The notes under the pieces are model-generated. The model searched no databases. It was not told where the DNA came from and saw only the letters and a program-made list of their open reading frames with translations. A program made the translations under genes and the position numbers. From the NCBI GenBank assembly GCA_017469265.1, contig JAFUGS010000020.1, forward strand, positions 87,808 through 151,807: DNA of 64,000 nucleotides, read 5' to 3'. The stretch's first letter is position 1; the number at the start of each line of letters is the position of its first letter. The stretch is from Clostridia bacterium (lineage in GTDB: Bacteria > Bacillota > Clostridia > Christensenellales > Aristaeellaceae). This document shows, one piece after another, positions 37,500 to 47,035 of this stretch.

Positions 37500-39593
37500 T
37501 TACGCTTCGGGAGCGGCTTCTTCCACGGCTTCGGCAGCTTCTTCCTCGGCTTCCACCGCTTCTTCCGCGGCGGCTTCCACGGTCTCTTCCACCGCTTCGG
37601 CCAGCTCTTCCGCAACGGTGTCATCCGTCGCGACCACTTCGTACTCCGCTTCCGGCTCCACGCTGGCTTCGGCGTTCAGCGCTTCCTCATCCTCCAGGGC
37701 CTGGCGGATACTGAGGCTGATGCGTTTCTTCTCGGAATCCACGCTCAGAACCTTCACGTTCACGATCTGGCCAACCTGCACCGCGTCTTCCACCTTGGCG
37801 ATCCGGGTGCGGGCGCACTGGCTGATATGTACCAGGCCGTCCAGGCCGGGCTCCAGCTCCACAAAAGCGCCGAAGTCGGTGATCCGGACCACCTTGCCCT
37901 GCACGATGGAGCCCTCGGGATACTTCTCGGCGGCATTATCCCAGGGCTTGGGCTGCAGCTGCTTGTATCCCAGCTGAATCCGGTCGCGGTCGCGGTCCAG
38001 GCTCAGGATCTTCACGTCCACTTCCTGGTTGGGCTTCACGGTCTCGCTGGGATGCTTCACCCGGCCCCAGCTCAGGTCGGTGATGTGAATCAGGCCATCC
38101 ACACCGCCCAGATCCACGAAAGCGCCGAAATCGGTCAGCCGGCGGACGATGCCATGAATGACCATGCCCTCTTCCAGCTTGTCCCAGACTTCCTTTTTCT
38201 TCGCGGCGGCTTCTTCCACCACCACGGCCTTGCGGCTGGCGACAATGCGCTTCTTCTGCTCGTCGACTTCGATGATCTTCAGCTTCATGTCCTTGCCAAC
38301 GAAGTCGCTGATCTTTTCGACATAGCGCTGGCTCAGCTGGCTGGCGGGCACAAAGGCACGGATGCCGTCCACGTTGGCAATCAGGCCGCCCTTGACGGCT
38401 TCCTTGCCGACGCCATCCACATACTCGCCCGCTTCATACTTGGCCATCAGGGCGTCCCACGCCTTGCGATTGACGATATTGCGCTGGCTCAGCAGCACAT
38501 TGCCTTCGCCGTCATTCACCTTGACGACTTCGACTTCAATCTCGTCTCCCAGCTTAACGTCCTGTTCCACCAGATCTTCCTTCTTGATCAGGCCATCAGC
38601 CTTGTAGCCGATGTTCACGCTCACCTCGTCGTCGGTGATCTGCACCACCTTGCCGGTGACCGTTTGTCCAGGACGGATCCTGACCATCGTGGCCTCGACT
38701 TGCTGCATGAAGTCCTCGTTGTTGGTCTCCTCTTCAGGGGTAGGGGTCAGGTCCTTGTTTTCCAGTTCGCTCATTCGTGTGACAACCTCCTTAAGTGACT
38801 CCGCTGGGGTCGATGCTCCCGCGGTGATCCCAATCATCCCGGGATCTTTATTTGCAAAGGCTGGCGGAATCTCCGCCGCGCGCTCTACCAGAATGGTGTC
38901 CGGACACCGGGCCCGGCACAGGTCGTAAAGCTTTTTCGTGTTGGCGCTTTTCCGGCCGCCGATGACGATCATCTTCCGCGCCCGTGAAGCCAGCTCCACC
39001 GCCTCCCGCTGGCGGACCTCCGTCGCGCTGCAGATCGTGCAGTGGCTGGCCAGCGTGTTTACCTTTCCCTGCAGCACCCGCAGCACCGCTTCCCACCGCT
39101 CGGGGGGGAATGTGGTCTGCGCCACCGCCAGGGCGCTGTCAAAGGCGGGCAGCTTCTCTGCTTCCTCAGGGGTCGCGACCACGTACACTGCGCCCCGCGC
39201 CCAGCCGGCCGTCCCCCGGACCTCAGGATGTTCCTTCTCGCCCACCAGAATCACAGGCGTTCCATCCGCGGATCCTTCCGCCACGATCCGATGCAGCCGG
39301 TCCACAAAGGGGCAGGTAAGATCCATCACCTCGCAGCCCAGCTGATGCAGCCGGTCCAGCACCTCGGGCGAAACCCCATGGCTCCGGATCAGCACCCGCT
39401 TCCCCACGGCGTCCTCCGGGGACGCGACCGGGGCCAGGCCCCGCGAAGCGAGGCTTTGCACCACGGAAGGATTATGAATCAGCTCCCCTAGGGTGCAGGA
39501 TGGGATGCCGTCCTCCACCGCCTTTTCCGCGGCTTCCACTGCCCGGCGGACTCCCATACAGAATCCGGCATGCGCAGCGATCTCAACGGTCAT
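37500..39593 (-). CDS. ispH: Bifunctional IspH (HMBPP reductase) / 30S ribosomal protein S1 fusion
   Basis: [38 protein letters not shown], followed by four S1 repeats and an acidic tail. Confidence 0.96.
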   Translation of the reverse strand: MTVEIAAHAGFCMGVRRAVEAAEKAVEDGIPSCTLGELIHNPSVVQSLASRGLAPVASPEDAVGKRVLIRSHGVSPEVLDRLHQLGCEVMDLTCPFVDRLHRIVAEGSADGTPVILVGEKEHPEVRGTAGWARGAVYVVATPEEAEKLPAFDSALAVAQTTFPPERWEAVLRVLQGKVNTLASHCTICSATEVRQREAVELASRARKMIVIGGRKSANTKKLYDLCRARCPDTILVERAAEIPPAFANKDPGMIGITAGASTPAESLKEVVTRMSELENKDLTPTPEEETNNEDFMQQVEATMVRIRPGQTVTGKVVQITDDEVSVNIGYKADGLIKKEDLVEQDVKLGDEIEVEVVKVNDGEGNVLLSQRNIVNRKAWDALMAKYEAGEYVDGVGKEAVKGGLIANVDGIRAFVPASQLSQRYVEKISDFVGKDMKLKIIEVDEQKKRIVASRKAVVVEEAAAKKKEVWDKLEEGMVIHGIVRRLTDFGAFVDLGGVDGLIHITDLSWGRVKHPSETVKPNQEVDVKILSLDRDRDRIQLGYKQLQPKPWDNAAEKYPEGSIVQGKVVRITDFGAFVELEPGLDGLVHISQCARTRIAKVEDAVQVGQIVNVKVLSVDSEKKRISLSIRQALEDEEALNAEASVEPEAEYEVVATDDTVAEELAEAVEETVEAAAEEAVEAEEEAAEAVEEAAPEA

Positions 39594-39735
39594 CTCGTCA
39601 TCCTTTCGCAAAAAGCTTCAATTTTATTATTTTCTACCCGTTTCCGAAAAATCCTTCTTTCATTTTCGGATTTTTGAAAAAATTTTTTTTGTTTCCCAGG
39701 GATTTCGCCGCGTTCCCGGTATCCGGACCGGAACA

Positions 39736-40362
39736 TCAGCCTTCCACCTCCGCGATCATCCGCCGGAAGGTTTCCCGCATCCGTTCATTCAGCCGCTCGC
39801 AGGTGTCCACATTCACGCCTTCCGCCAGCAGGTCCTCATAGGGGATCGGATCCCCCACATACGCGTTCACCCGGCGGAAAAGCTTCAGCGGGGCATCCAG
39901 ATAGATGGGGATCAGCGGAGCTTTTCCCCGCAGGACGATCAGGCTGGTGCCGTTCTCGATCTGCTCCATCTGACCCTCATGATGCCGGGTACCCTCCGGA
40001 AAGATCACCAGCGCTTTCTTCATCCGCAGCGCCTTCATGCAGGCCCGCATGGCCTCCAAGTCTGTATTGTGCCGATCCACCAGGATGCAGTGCGCCATCG
40101 TCAGGACGCGCCGGACAAAGCGGTTCTTCCCCAGTTCCTTCTTTCCCAGAAAAACGCACTGACTCTTCACCGGGTAGGCCAGAATCAGCGGATCCAGCGC
40201 GTGTCGGTGATTGGAAATCAGCACAAAAGGCGTTTCCCTGTTCTTCAGTTTTTCCACGCCGTGGTATCTGACCGGCATGAAAACATGAAAGAGCACCGCC
40301 GCGAAAACCCGCCCGATCTCATAAACCCGGCTGTTTTTTTCCGTCACAGCCTCAAGCGCCAT
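39736..40362 (-). CDS. plsC: 1-acyl-sn-glycerol-3-phosphate acyltransferase
   Basis: SNHRHALD (NHxxxD), FLGKKEL, IFPEGTR. Confidence 0.93.
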   Translation of the reverse strand: MALEAVTEKNSRVYEIGRVFAAVLFHVFMPVRYHGVEKLKNRETPFVLISNHRHALDPLILAYPVKSQCVFLGKKELGKNRFVRRVLTMAHCILVDRHNTDLEAMRACMKALRMKKALVIFPEGTRHHEGQMEQIENGTSLIVLRGKAPLIPIYLDAPLKLFRRVNAYVGDPIPYEDLLAEGVNVDTCERLNERMRETFRRMIAEVEG

Positions 40363-41026
40363 GGGTCTTTTCCTCCACCAGTCTCAAAATGGTGTCCACC
40401 ACCTGGTCAAAGCTCATTTCCGTCGAATCCACCAGCACCGCGTCCTCCGCCTGCCGCAGCGGCTCCACGGGGCGGTTCATATCCTGCTCGTCCCGGGCGA
40501 TCACCTGGGCCAGAACCTCCTCAAAGGTGTCCGGTTCCCCCTTTTCCCGCATTTCCAGCCAGCGGCGCCGGGCCCGTTCCTCGCTGGAGGCGGTCAGGTA
40601 AATTTTCACTGGCGCGTCCGGCAGCACGGTAGTGCAGATATCCCTTCCATCCAGCAGCATATCCTGTTTTGCAGCCAGCTCCTGCTGCCGGCGCACCATC
40701 ATCCGGCGCACCTCCGCGTACCTGCTGACCGTGCTGGCGGCCATGCTGACCTCCGGCGTCCGGATCAGCCCGCTGACGTCCTCGCCGTCCAGCATGGTGA
40801 CCTGTCCCGCTTCACCGTATCTCACATCCAGCTGCAGTTCCGCGCACAGGGCCGTGACCGCACGCTCATCCCGGACATCCGTCTCCGTCCGCAGCGCCTT
40901 CAGCCCCAGTGCCCGATACATGGCGCCTGTGTCCAGATGCAGAATGCCCAGCTTTTTCGCTACCGCGTCCGCGATGGAGGACTTACCCGCCCCAACCGGG
41001 CCGTCAATCGCAATATTCAGCCGCAT
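40352..41026 (-). CDS. cmk: Cytidylate kinase
   Basis: IAIDGPVGAGKS, DTGAMYR, LDGRDI, KIYLTASSEERARRR, RDEQD. Confidence 0.96.
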   Translation of the reverse strand: MRLNIAIDGPVGAGKSSIADAVAKKLGILHLDTGAMYRALGLKALRTETDVRDERAVTALCAELQLDVRYGEAGQVTMLDGEDVSGLIRTPEVSMAASTVSRYAEVRRMMVRRQQELAAKQDMLLDGRDICTTVLPDAPVKIYLTASSEERARRRWLEMREKGEPDTFEEVLAQVIARDEQDMNRPVEPLRQAEDAVLVDSTEMSFDQVVDTILRLVEEKTHGA

Positions 41027-41216
41027 TTTTTCACACTTCCTCCTTTTGCTTATCTTATAATTATACCCTTCTTTTTCTGCCTTCGCAAGATCGATCTTGA
41101 AACCTGACCCGAATTCGCATATAATATATTCTTGTTTCGTGCGTGGCATGCCGGGTGTACGGTTCCCGGTTGTTTATGTACGGAGGAATCATTTCCTGAT
41201 TTCTGAAGGATCGTGA

Positions 41217-41807
41217 ATGATGAACTACGCCTTTTTTGCCCATCTGGCCCGGCTGAAGCTGATCACCCGCTGGTCGCTGATGCGGAATACCCAGCCGGAA
41301 AACGACGCGGAACATTCCCTGCAGGTGGCCATGATTGCCCACGGCATCGCCGTGCTCGGAAGGGATCGCTATGACCGCGCCGTCGACCCGGAGCATGTGC
41401 TGGCCATGGCCGTCTACCACGACGCCACCGAGGTCATGACCGGCGACCTTCCCACCCCCGTAAAATACCACTCGGAGTCTCTTCGCGGCGCCTACAAGCA
41501 TCTTGAGTCCCTGTCTGCGGATCGCCTGCTTTCCCTCCTGCCGGAGGGGATGCGGGATACTTTTGCTCCCTACCTGAAGCAGGCCCCCGGATATGAGCGG
41601 GACATCGTGAAGGCCGCGGACAAGATTTCCGCCTATGTCAAGTGCCTGGAAGAGCAGCGGGCGGGCAACCGGGAATTCGATTTCGCCGCCGAAAACATCC
41701 GTCACACGCTGGACAACATCGCCTACCCGGAGGTGCAGGATTTCCTGCGGGATTTCCTGCCAGCCTTTGACATGACCCTGGACGAGCTGAATCATCCCAC
41801 CGTATGA
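41217..41807 (+). CDS. yfbR: HD-domain 5'-deoxynucleotidase, YfbR-like
   Basis: LKLITRWSLMRN, ENDAEHS, YHDATEVMTGDLPTPVKY, KAADKISAYVKC. Confidence 0.92.
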   Translation: MMNYAFFAHLARLKLITRWSLMRNTQPENDAEHSLQVAMIAHGIAVLGRDRYDRAVDPEHVLAMAVYHDATEVMTGDLPTPVKYHSESLRGAYKHLESLSADRLLSLLPEGMRDTFAPYLKQAPGYERDIVKAADKISAYVKCLEEQRAGNREFDFAAENIRHTLDNIAYPEVQDFLRDFLPAFDMTLDELNHPTV

Positions 41808-41846
41808 AGCATTCCCTGTTTTTATTGACCGAAGGAGGTTCCCCTG

Positions 41847-43010
41847 ATGAAAAGATACCTGGCCCTGTTTCTGATCCTTTGTCTGCTGCCCCTGGGCGTC
41901 CTTGCGGAGGACGGGGAAGCCGACCTGACCACGGAGGACGTGGTGGAGGAGGTGCTGCTGGATGATGACAATACCTTCGTGGATGATGAAACCGGCGAAA
42001 CCTTTGTTCTGACGGAGGAAGAGCAGCAGAAGCTGGATGAGCTTCTGGAGGAACAGCCGGAGGAAGAGGAAGATATCGACCCCGATTCTCTGGATCTGAA
42101 CCCCAACCTTCCGGACAACGTGATCAACATTCTGCTGATCGGTGTGGACACCCGCAGCAAGAACCCGGAGGAAATCATCGGCCGCGGGGACACGCAGATC
42201 ATCGTTTCCGTCAACCGGGATACCGGTTCCATCAAGATGACCTCCATCCTGCGGGACACCTATGTATCCATTCCCGGCTATAAGAACAAGACCAAAATCA
42301 ACAACGCCTTCCAGTATGGCTGCAACAAGGTCAAAAAGGGCGAGCTGAAGGACAAGATCCGCAGCGGCGCTTCCCTGGCCATGCGCACCATCAACAAAAA
42401 TTTCGAAATGAACCTGCAGAACTATGTCGCCATTAACTTCAACGGGCTGGCTTCCATCATTGACGCCCTGGGCGGCATTGACATCGAACTGACGAAAGGC
42501 GAGGCCTGGTACATCAACAAGTACCTGAAAGAGCATCCCCCGGCCTATGACAACAAGGCCAAAGGAGAAAGGACGTCCCTGCAGCAGGCCGCCGGAACAC
42601 AGCATCTGGACGGCGTGCAGGCGGTCATGTACGCCCGGATCCGTTCTCTCAGCGGGGAGAATGATTTCAACCGCACGGATCGTCAGCGTCATCTGCTGGA
42701 TCTGCTGCTGCAGATGGTGATGAGCAATCTGGACATCAATACCCTCATGGATCTGATCGACATCGCCACCAGCTACGCGGCCACCAACATGAATTTCGAA
42801 ACCATGTTTAATCTGGCCCGGAGTCTGATTCCGGCGCTGAGCAGTCATTCCGGCAATGATTCCCTCTTCGAGCAGATGCGGATTCCCGCGGATGACACCT
42901 GGAAGTATGGTACCGTGAACGGAACTTCCGTCATTATGTTCAAAAAGTCCGCTCATCCCGCCGAGGATCTGCACAATTTCATCTACGGCGCGTACTACAG
43001 CGCGAATTAA
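41847..43010 (+). CDS. LCP (LytR-CpsA-Psr) family glycopolymer transferase
   Basis: NILLIGVD, RGDT, SILRDTYV, KINNAF, LDGVQAVMYARIR, DFNRTDRQR. Confidence 0.93.
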   Translation: MKRYLALFLILCLLPLGVLAEDGEADLTTEDVVEEVLLDDDNTFVDDETGETFVLTEEEQQKLDELLEEQPEEEEDIDPDSLDLNPNLPDNVINILLIGVDTRSKNPEEIIGRGDTQIIVSVNRDTGSIKMTSILRDTYVSIPGYKNKTKINNAFQYGCNKVKKGELKDKIRSGASLAMRTINKNFEMNLQNYVAINFNGLASIIDALGGIDIELTKGEAWYINKYLKEHPPAYDNKAKGERTSLQQAAGTQHLDGVQAVMYARIRSLSGENDFNRTDRQRHLLDLLLQMVMSNLDINTLMDLIDIATSYAATNMNFETMFNLARSLIPALSSHSGNDSLFEQMRIPADDTWKYGTVNGTSVIMFKKSAHPAEDLHNFIYGAYYSAN

Positions 43011-43022
43011 GCCGCGGCGCGC

Positions 43023-43061
43023 AAAAGCCTTTCGGGACGTTTCTCCCGAAAGGCTTTTTTT
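43023..43061. terminator. Bidirectional terminator between convergent LCP and trmB
   Basis: 15-bp stem AAAAGCCTTTCGGGA / TCCCGAAAGGCTTTT plus a T run. Confidence 0.9.
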
Positions 43062-43078
43062 CGTCTGCTTTTCATGAT

Positions 43079-43870
43079 TCAGCAAGCGGGAATTTCACGG
43101 AAATCACCGCTGTTTTCGACAGAGGCGTCCGGTTTTCCGCCCAGATCCGGGAGCACGGCCAGTCGCCGCAGCCCCGGCGTCATCCGGAAGCGGGTCGGAT
43201 CGAAAGAGGGCTCCCTGTCCGTCATCCGGAAGATGCCGAATTTGATGGGCACCCCCAGCGCCATGTACTTCTGCTCATGCTCGGAGACATAATTGGGCTG
43301 GAAGCCGCTGGCCCGCAGATCCCCGGTCTGGAAAACCGGTTCAAACCCGCACAGGTCAAAATAGACCAGGGAATCCGCGTACAGGCTGTCATCATCCGTC
43401 TTGAACCAGATCTCCCCGCCCGGCTGCAGCATTTTCCGGTACTGGATCAGCTGCCGGGGATGGGTCAGCCGGCGTTTCTCGTGTTTGGGCCGCTCCGTCC
43501 AGGGGTTGCAGAAGGAAATATGGATTCTCTCCGGGCCGTCCTCCCGGTCGAAGTAATGGTCGATCAGGCAGATATCCGCCAGCAGGATGAAGACGTTCTC
43601 CGGCGTCTCCCCGCAGGCCCTGACCAGATTCCGCCGCGTATCCCCCAGCACATCCGGGCTGATGTCCACCACCACGTAGTTGATCTCCGGGTTGGCCGCC
43701 ACCATCTGCGCGGTGCTGACCCCCTTGCCGCACCCCATCTCCAGCTGCAGCGGCCGCTCCGGCCTGGCAAAGGCCTCCCGCCAGCGCCCCCGCCGCCATT
43801 CCCCCGCCGGCTCATAAAAAGGGCAGGCCTCCAGCTCCGGCCTGGCCCACTTCTTTTTTCGAATATGCAA
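43079..43870 (-). CDS. trmB: tRNA (guanine-N7)-methyltransferase
   Basis: MHIRKKKWA, LEMGCGKG, FCNPW, RRLTHP, FKTDD, SEHEQK. Confidence 0.93.
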   Translation of the reverse strand: MHIRKKKWARPELEACPFYEPAGEWRRGRWREAFARPERPLQLEMGCGKGVSTAQMVAANPEINYVVVDISPDVLGDTRRNLVRACGETPENVFILLADICLIDHYFDREDGPERIHISFCNPWTERPKHEKRRLTHPRQLIQYRKMLQPGGEIWFKTDDDSLYADSLVYFDLCGFEPVFQTGDLRASGFQPNYVSEHEQKYMALGVPIKFGIFRMTDREPSFDPTRFRMTPGLRRLAVLPDLGGKPDASVENSGDFREIPAC

Positions 43871-43886
43871 AATCCTCTTCTCCTGT

Positions 43887-44330
43887 TTACGTTGTTTCGT
43901 TCTTCCGCAGTGCCTTCAGGTACCGGATGCCTTCCCGGTATCCCGCAAAGCCCATGCCCATGAAGGTTTTCACGCAGGCCAGGCGGATGTAGGAAACCTG
44001 GCGGAAATCTTCCCGCTTTGTGACATCGGACAGATGCACCTCAACCGTGGGGATGGAAACGGCTTTCACCGCGTCCAGCAGGGCGATGCTGGTATGGGTG
44101 TAGGCCCCCGGGTTGATCACGATGCCGTCGTATACGCCGTAAGCCTCCTGAATCCTGTCCACCAGCGCCCCTTCGTGGTTGGACTGGAAGCAGTCCGCCT
44201 CCACGCCCTCCTCTGCCGCCGTCTGGGCAATAAAGGCCAGCAGGTCCTGATAGGTTTCCCGGCCGTAGATGGCCGGCTCCCGAAGCCCCAGCATGTTCAG
44301 GTTGGGTCCGTTGATCACGAGGATCTTCAC
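43887..44330 (-). CDS. aroQ: Type II 3-dehydroquinate dehydratase
   Basis: INGPNLNMLGLREPAIYG, QSNHEG, INPGAYTHTS, EVHLS. Confidence 0.97.
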   Translation of the reverse strand: MKILVINGPNLNMLGLREPAIYGRETYQDLLAFIAQTAAEEGVEADCFQSNHEGALVDRIQEAYGVYDGIVINPGAYTHTSIALLDAVKAVSIPTVEVHLSDVTKREDFRQVSYIRLACVKTFMGMGFAGYREGIRYLKALRKNETT

Positions 44331-45085
44331 GCTTTACTCATCTCCCTGTAGATTGTTTCCACCCGTTCCTCGGGAATCTTCTCCCCCAGGAACTGTTCCG
44401 CGCTTTTCCAGGCCTGCGCCACCAGCATGTACAGCCCGTTGCACCCGGGGATACCCAATTCCCCTGCCTGTTTCAGCAGCTTTGTCTCCAGCGGCCGGTA
44501 GATCAGGTCCAGCACTCCCCGCAGCCCGGGCAGCGCCGCCAGATCCAGCGGCCGGGCGTCCGTTTCCGGATACATGCCCACCGGCGTGGTATTCACCAGG
44601 TACGTCGCGTCCGCCTGCAGATGCAGATTTCCGTAATGAAATGGCCCGGAGCGGCTGATCACCACCACCGGATCGGCGCCAAGCCGGCGCAGCGCTTCCT
44701 GAACCGCGGCGGAGGCGCCGCCGCTGCCCAGCACCAGTGTCTTTTCCCCCTTCAGTTCAAAGCCGGCGCGGCGAACCATGGCCTCGAAGCCGTATACGTC
44801 CGTATTATCCCCGTACAGGGACCCATCCGTCCGACGGACGATGGTGTTCACGCTGCCAATCCGATCCGCCACGGGGGAAAGCTCGTCCAGAAAGGGCACC
44901 ACGGTCTTTTTATAGGGGATCGTGACATTCAGCCCCGTCCATTCCCCTGACCGGAGAAAGGCAGGCACCTCCGTCTCCGGCATTTCATACAGCCGGTAGG
45001 GATAATCCCCCAGCCGGCGGTGGATCTCCGGCGACCGGCTGTGCCCCAGAGTTTTCCCCAGCAGGCCGCATTTGATTTCACGCAT
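44327..45085 (-). CDS. aroE: Shikimate dehydrogenase
   Basis: GHSRSP, NVTIPYK, GSVNT, NTDVYG, GSGGAS, NTTPVGM, GLYMLVAQA. Confidence 0.95.
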   Translation of the reverse strand: MREIKCGLLGKTLGHSRSPEIHRRLGDYPYRLYEMPETEVPAFLRSGEWTGLNVTIPYKKTVVPFLDELSPVADRIGSVNTIVRRTDGSLYGDNTDVYGFEAMVRRAGFELKGEKTLVLGSGGASAAVQEALRRLGADPVVVISRSGPFHYGNLHLQADATYLVNTTPVGMYPETDARPLDLAALPGLRGVLDLIYRPLETKLLKQAGELGIPGCNGLYMLVAQAWKSAEQFLGEKIPEERVETIYREMSKA

Positions 45086-46163
45086 CTTCCGTTTCCCTCT
45101 TCCGTCCCAGCATTGCGTCCACCAGCACAAAGGCCACCGCCGCTTCCACCACCGGCACCGCCCGCGGCACGATACAGGGGTCGTGCCGACCGGCTACCCG
45201 CAGGGTCGTTTCCTCGCCGGTGCGTAGGTTTACGCTCCGCTGGCTCTTTCCGATGGAGGGCGTTGGCTTCACCGCCGCCCGCAGGCGCAGGGGCATGCCC
45301 GTGGTGATGCCGCCGAGGATGCCACCGGCATGGTTGGTTTCCGTACGCAGCGTGCCATGATTCATCCGGTAAGCGTCGTTGTTTTCGCTGCCCCGGGTCT
45401 CCGCCGCGCTGAATCCGTCCCCGAATTCCACGCCCTTCACCGCCGGAATGCCAAATATCGCCTGAGCCAGCCGGTTTTCCATTCCGCCGAACATGGGATC
45501 CCCCAGCCCGGCCGGCAGCCCCACAGCCACACATTCGATGATTCCGCCCAGAGAATCCTCCTCCTGCCTGGCCTGGGCGATCAGGGCCTGCATTTCCGCT
45601 CCCCTTTCGTCGCTCAGGGTGGGAAAGGGCTTTTCCGCCACGGACCGGAAGGGATCTCCCTCGTCCTGAATCCCTCCGATGGACGCGATATGCGCCCGCA
45701 CCGTGATCCCCCTGGCTTCCAGATACTGCAGGCAGATGCCGCCGGCCACGCACAGCGGCGCGGTCAGCCGGCCGGAAAAGTGGCCGCCGCCCGCCACATC
45801 CTGATATCCGTGGTACTTCACGGCCGCCGGATAGTCCGCGTGCCCCGGCCGGGGAACCTCCCGCAGCCCGTCATAATCCTGGCTGCGAGTGTTCGTGTTC
45901 CGGATCACCGCCGTCATCGGGGCGCCGCAGGTAACATCCCCCACCAGTCCGGAGAGAAATTCCGGTTCATCCGCTTCCTTCCTCGGGGTGGCCCAGGCGT
46001 GATTTCCCGGAGCGCGCCGGGCCAGGAATCGCCCCAGCGCGTCCTGATCCACCCGGAATCCGGGCGGAAATCCCTCCATCGTCATACCGATGGCCGGGGA
46101 ATGGGACTGACCGAAAATCGTCAGCCGAAGGTTCTCCCCCAGGGAAGAGCCCATAGCGCTCAT
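45078..46163 (-). CDS. aroC: Chorismate synthase (start may be 46154)
   Basis: FGQSHS, RPGHAD, GGGHFSGRLTA, GGIIE, IPAVKGVEFG, GGILGG, GRHDPCIVPRA. Confidence 0.96.
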   Translation of the reverse strand: MSAMGSSLGENLRLTIFGQSHSPAIGMTMEGFPPGFRVDQDALGRFLARRAPGNHAWATPRKEADEPEFLSGLVGDVTCGAPMTAVIRNTNTRSQDYDGLREVPRPGHADYPAAVKYHGYQDVAGGGHFSGRLTAPLCVAGGICLQYLEARGITVRAHIASIGGIQDEGDPFRSVAEKPFPTLSDERGAEMQALIAQARQEEDSLGGIIECVAVGLPAGLGDPMFGGMENRLAQAIFGIPAVKGVEFGDGFSAAETRGSENNDAYRMNHGTLRTETNHAGGILGGITTGMPLRLRAAVKPTPSIGKSQRSVNLRTGEETTLRVAGRHDPCIVPRAVPVVEAAVAFVLVDAMLGRKRETEDA

Positions 46164-46204
46164 CTCCTCTGTTCCTTTTTTGGGCCACGGCCCGTCCGCC
46201 GCGC

Positions 46205-47035
46205 TCAGCCGTCCAGTTCCTCTTTCCGCCGCTTCCCCTCATCCAGCAGGCGGATCAGATCTTCCCGGTCTCCCCGGGCCAGGTCCTCCCGATAGGCCTG
46301 CAGGTTTTGGATCAGCGTATCAATTTCCTGAATCAGGTTGTCCCGGTTGTCCAGAAAAAGCTCCGCCCACATCTCAGGATTCAGCCACGCCACCCTTGTC
46401 AGATCTTTATAGCTGCCGGCTGAAAAGCCCTGATGCATCCGGGCTGACGGGCTTTTGACATATGCGTTGGACACCACATGGGCCAGCTGGCTGGTAAAGG
46501 CGATGACCCGGTCATGCTTTTCCGCCGTTGTCAGGGTGATGGACCCGAAGCCCACCGGGGACAGGACCCGGCGTACCCGCCGGAGCAGGTTTTTGTCTGC
46601 CCCCTCGGGGGGAACAATCACCATGGGCGCCCCCTGGTACAGATCCTTCCGGGAATTGGCGAAGCCGGAAAACTGTGTCCCGGCCATGGGGTGCGCACCA
46701 AGGAAGGTGAAGCCGTGCTCCCGGGCCAGCCGCATGCCCGCCTGGGTGGTTTCCCGCTTGGTGCCGCAGCAGTCCATAACCAGGGGCTTTTCCCCGATGT
46801 CCGGCCCCCATTCCTCCAGAAATCGAATGGCTGCCTGGGGATACACGCAGATCAGTACCAGGTCACACTCCCGGACATTTTCCCGGGTCAGCTCCTCATC
46901 CACCGCCAGGGCATCCAGGGCCTGGTCAAACACCATGCCGTCCTTTTCCAGGGCGAAAACCTCATGTCCCATGGCGCTGTAAGCCCTGGCGAAGGAGCCG
47001 CCGATCAGCCCCAGGCCCACGATTCCGATTTTCAT
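46205..47035 (-). CDS. tyrA: Prephenate dehydrogenase
   Basis: GLGLIGGS, GAHPMAG, HDRVIAFTSQLAH, GSYKDLTRVA. Confidence 0.92.
   Translation of the reverse strand: MKIGIVGLGLIGGSFARAYSAMGHEVFALEKDGMVFDQALDALAVDEELTRENVRECDLVLICVYPQAAIRFLEEWGPDIGEKPLVMDCCGTKRETTQAGMRLAREHGFTFLGAHPMAGTQFSGFANSRKDLYQGAPMVIVPPEGADKNLLRRVRRVLSPVGFGSITLTTAEKHDRVIAFTSQLAHVVSNAYVKSPSARMHQGFSAGSYKDLTRVAWLNPEMWAELFLDNRDNLIQEIDTLIQNLQAYREDLARGDREDLIRLLDEGKRRKEELDG

Noticed and set aside
37500-39593. IspH-RpsA fusion as a novelty
   Set aside because: It is already known in Clostridia, in the same cmk-plsC-ispH/rpsA context.
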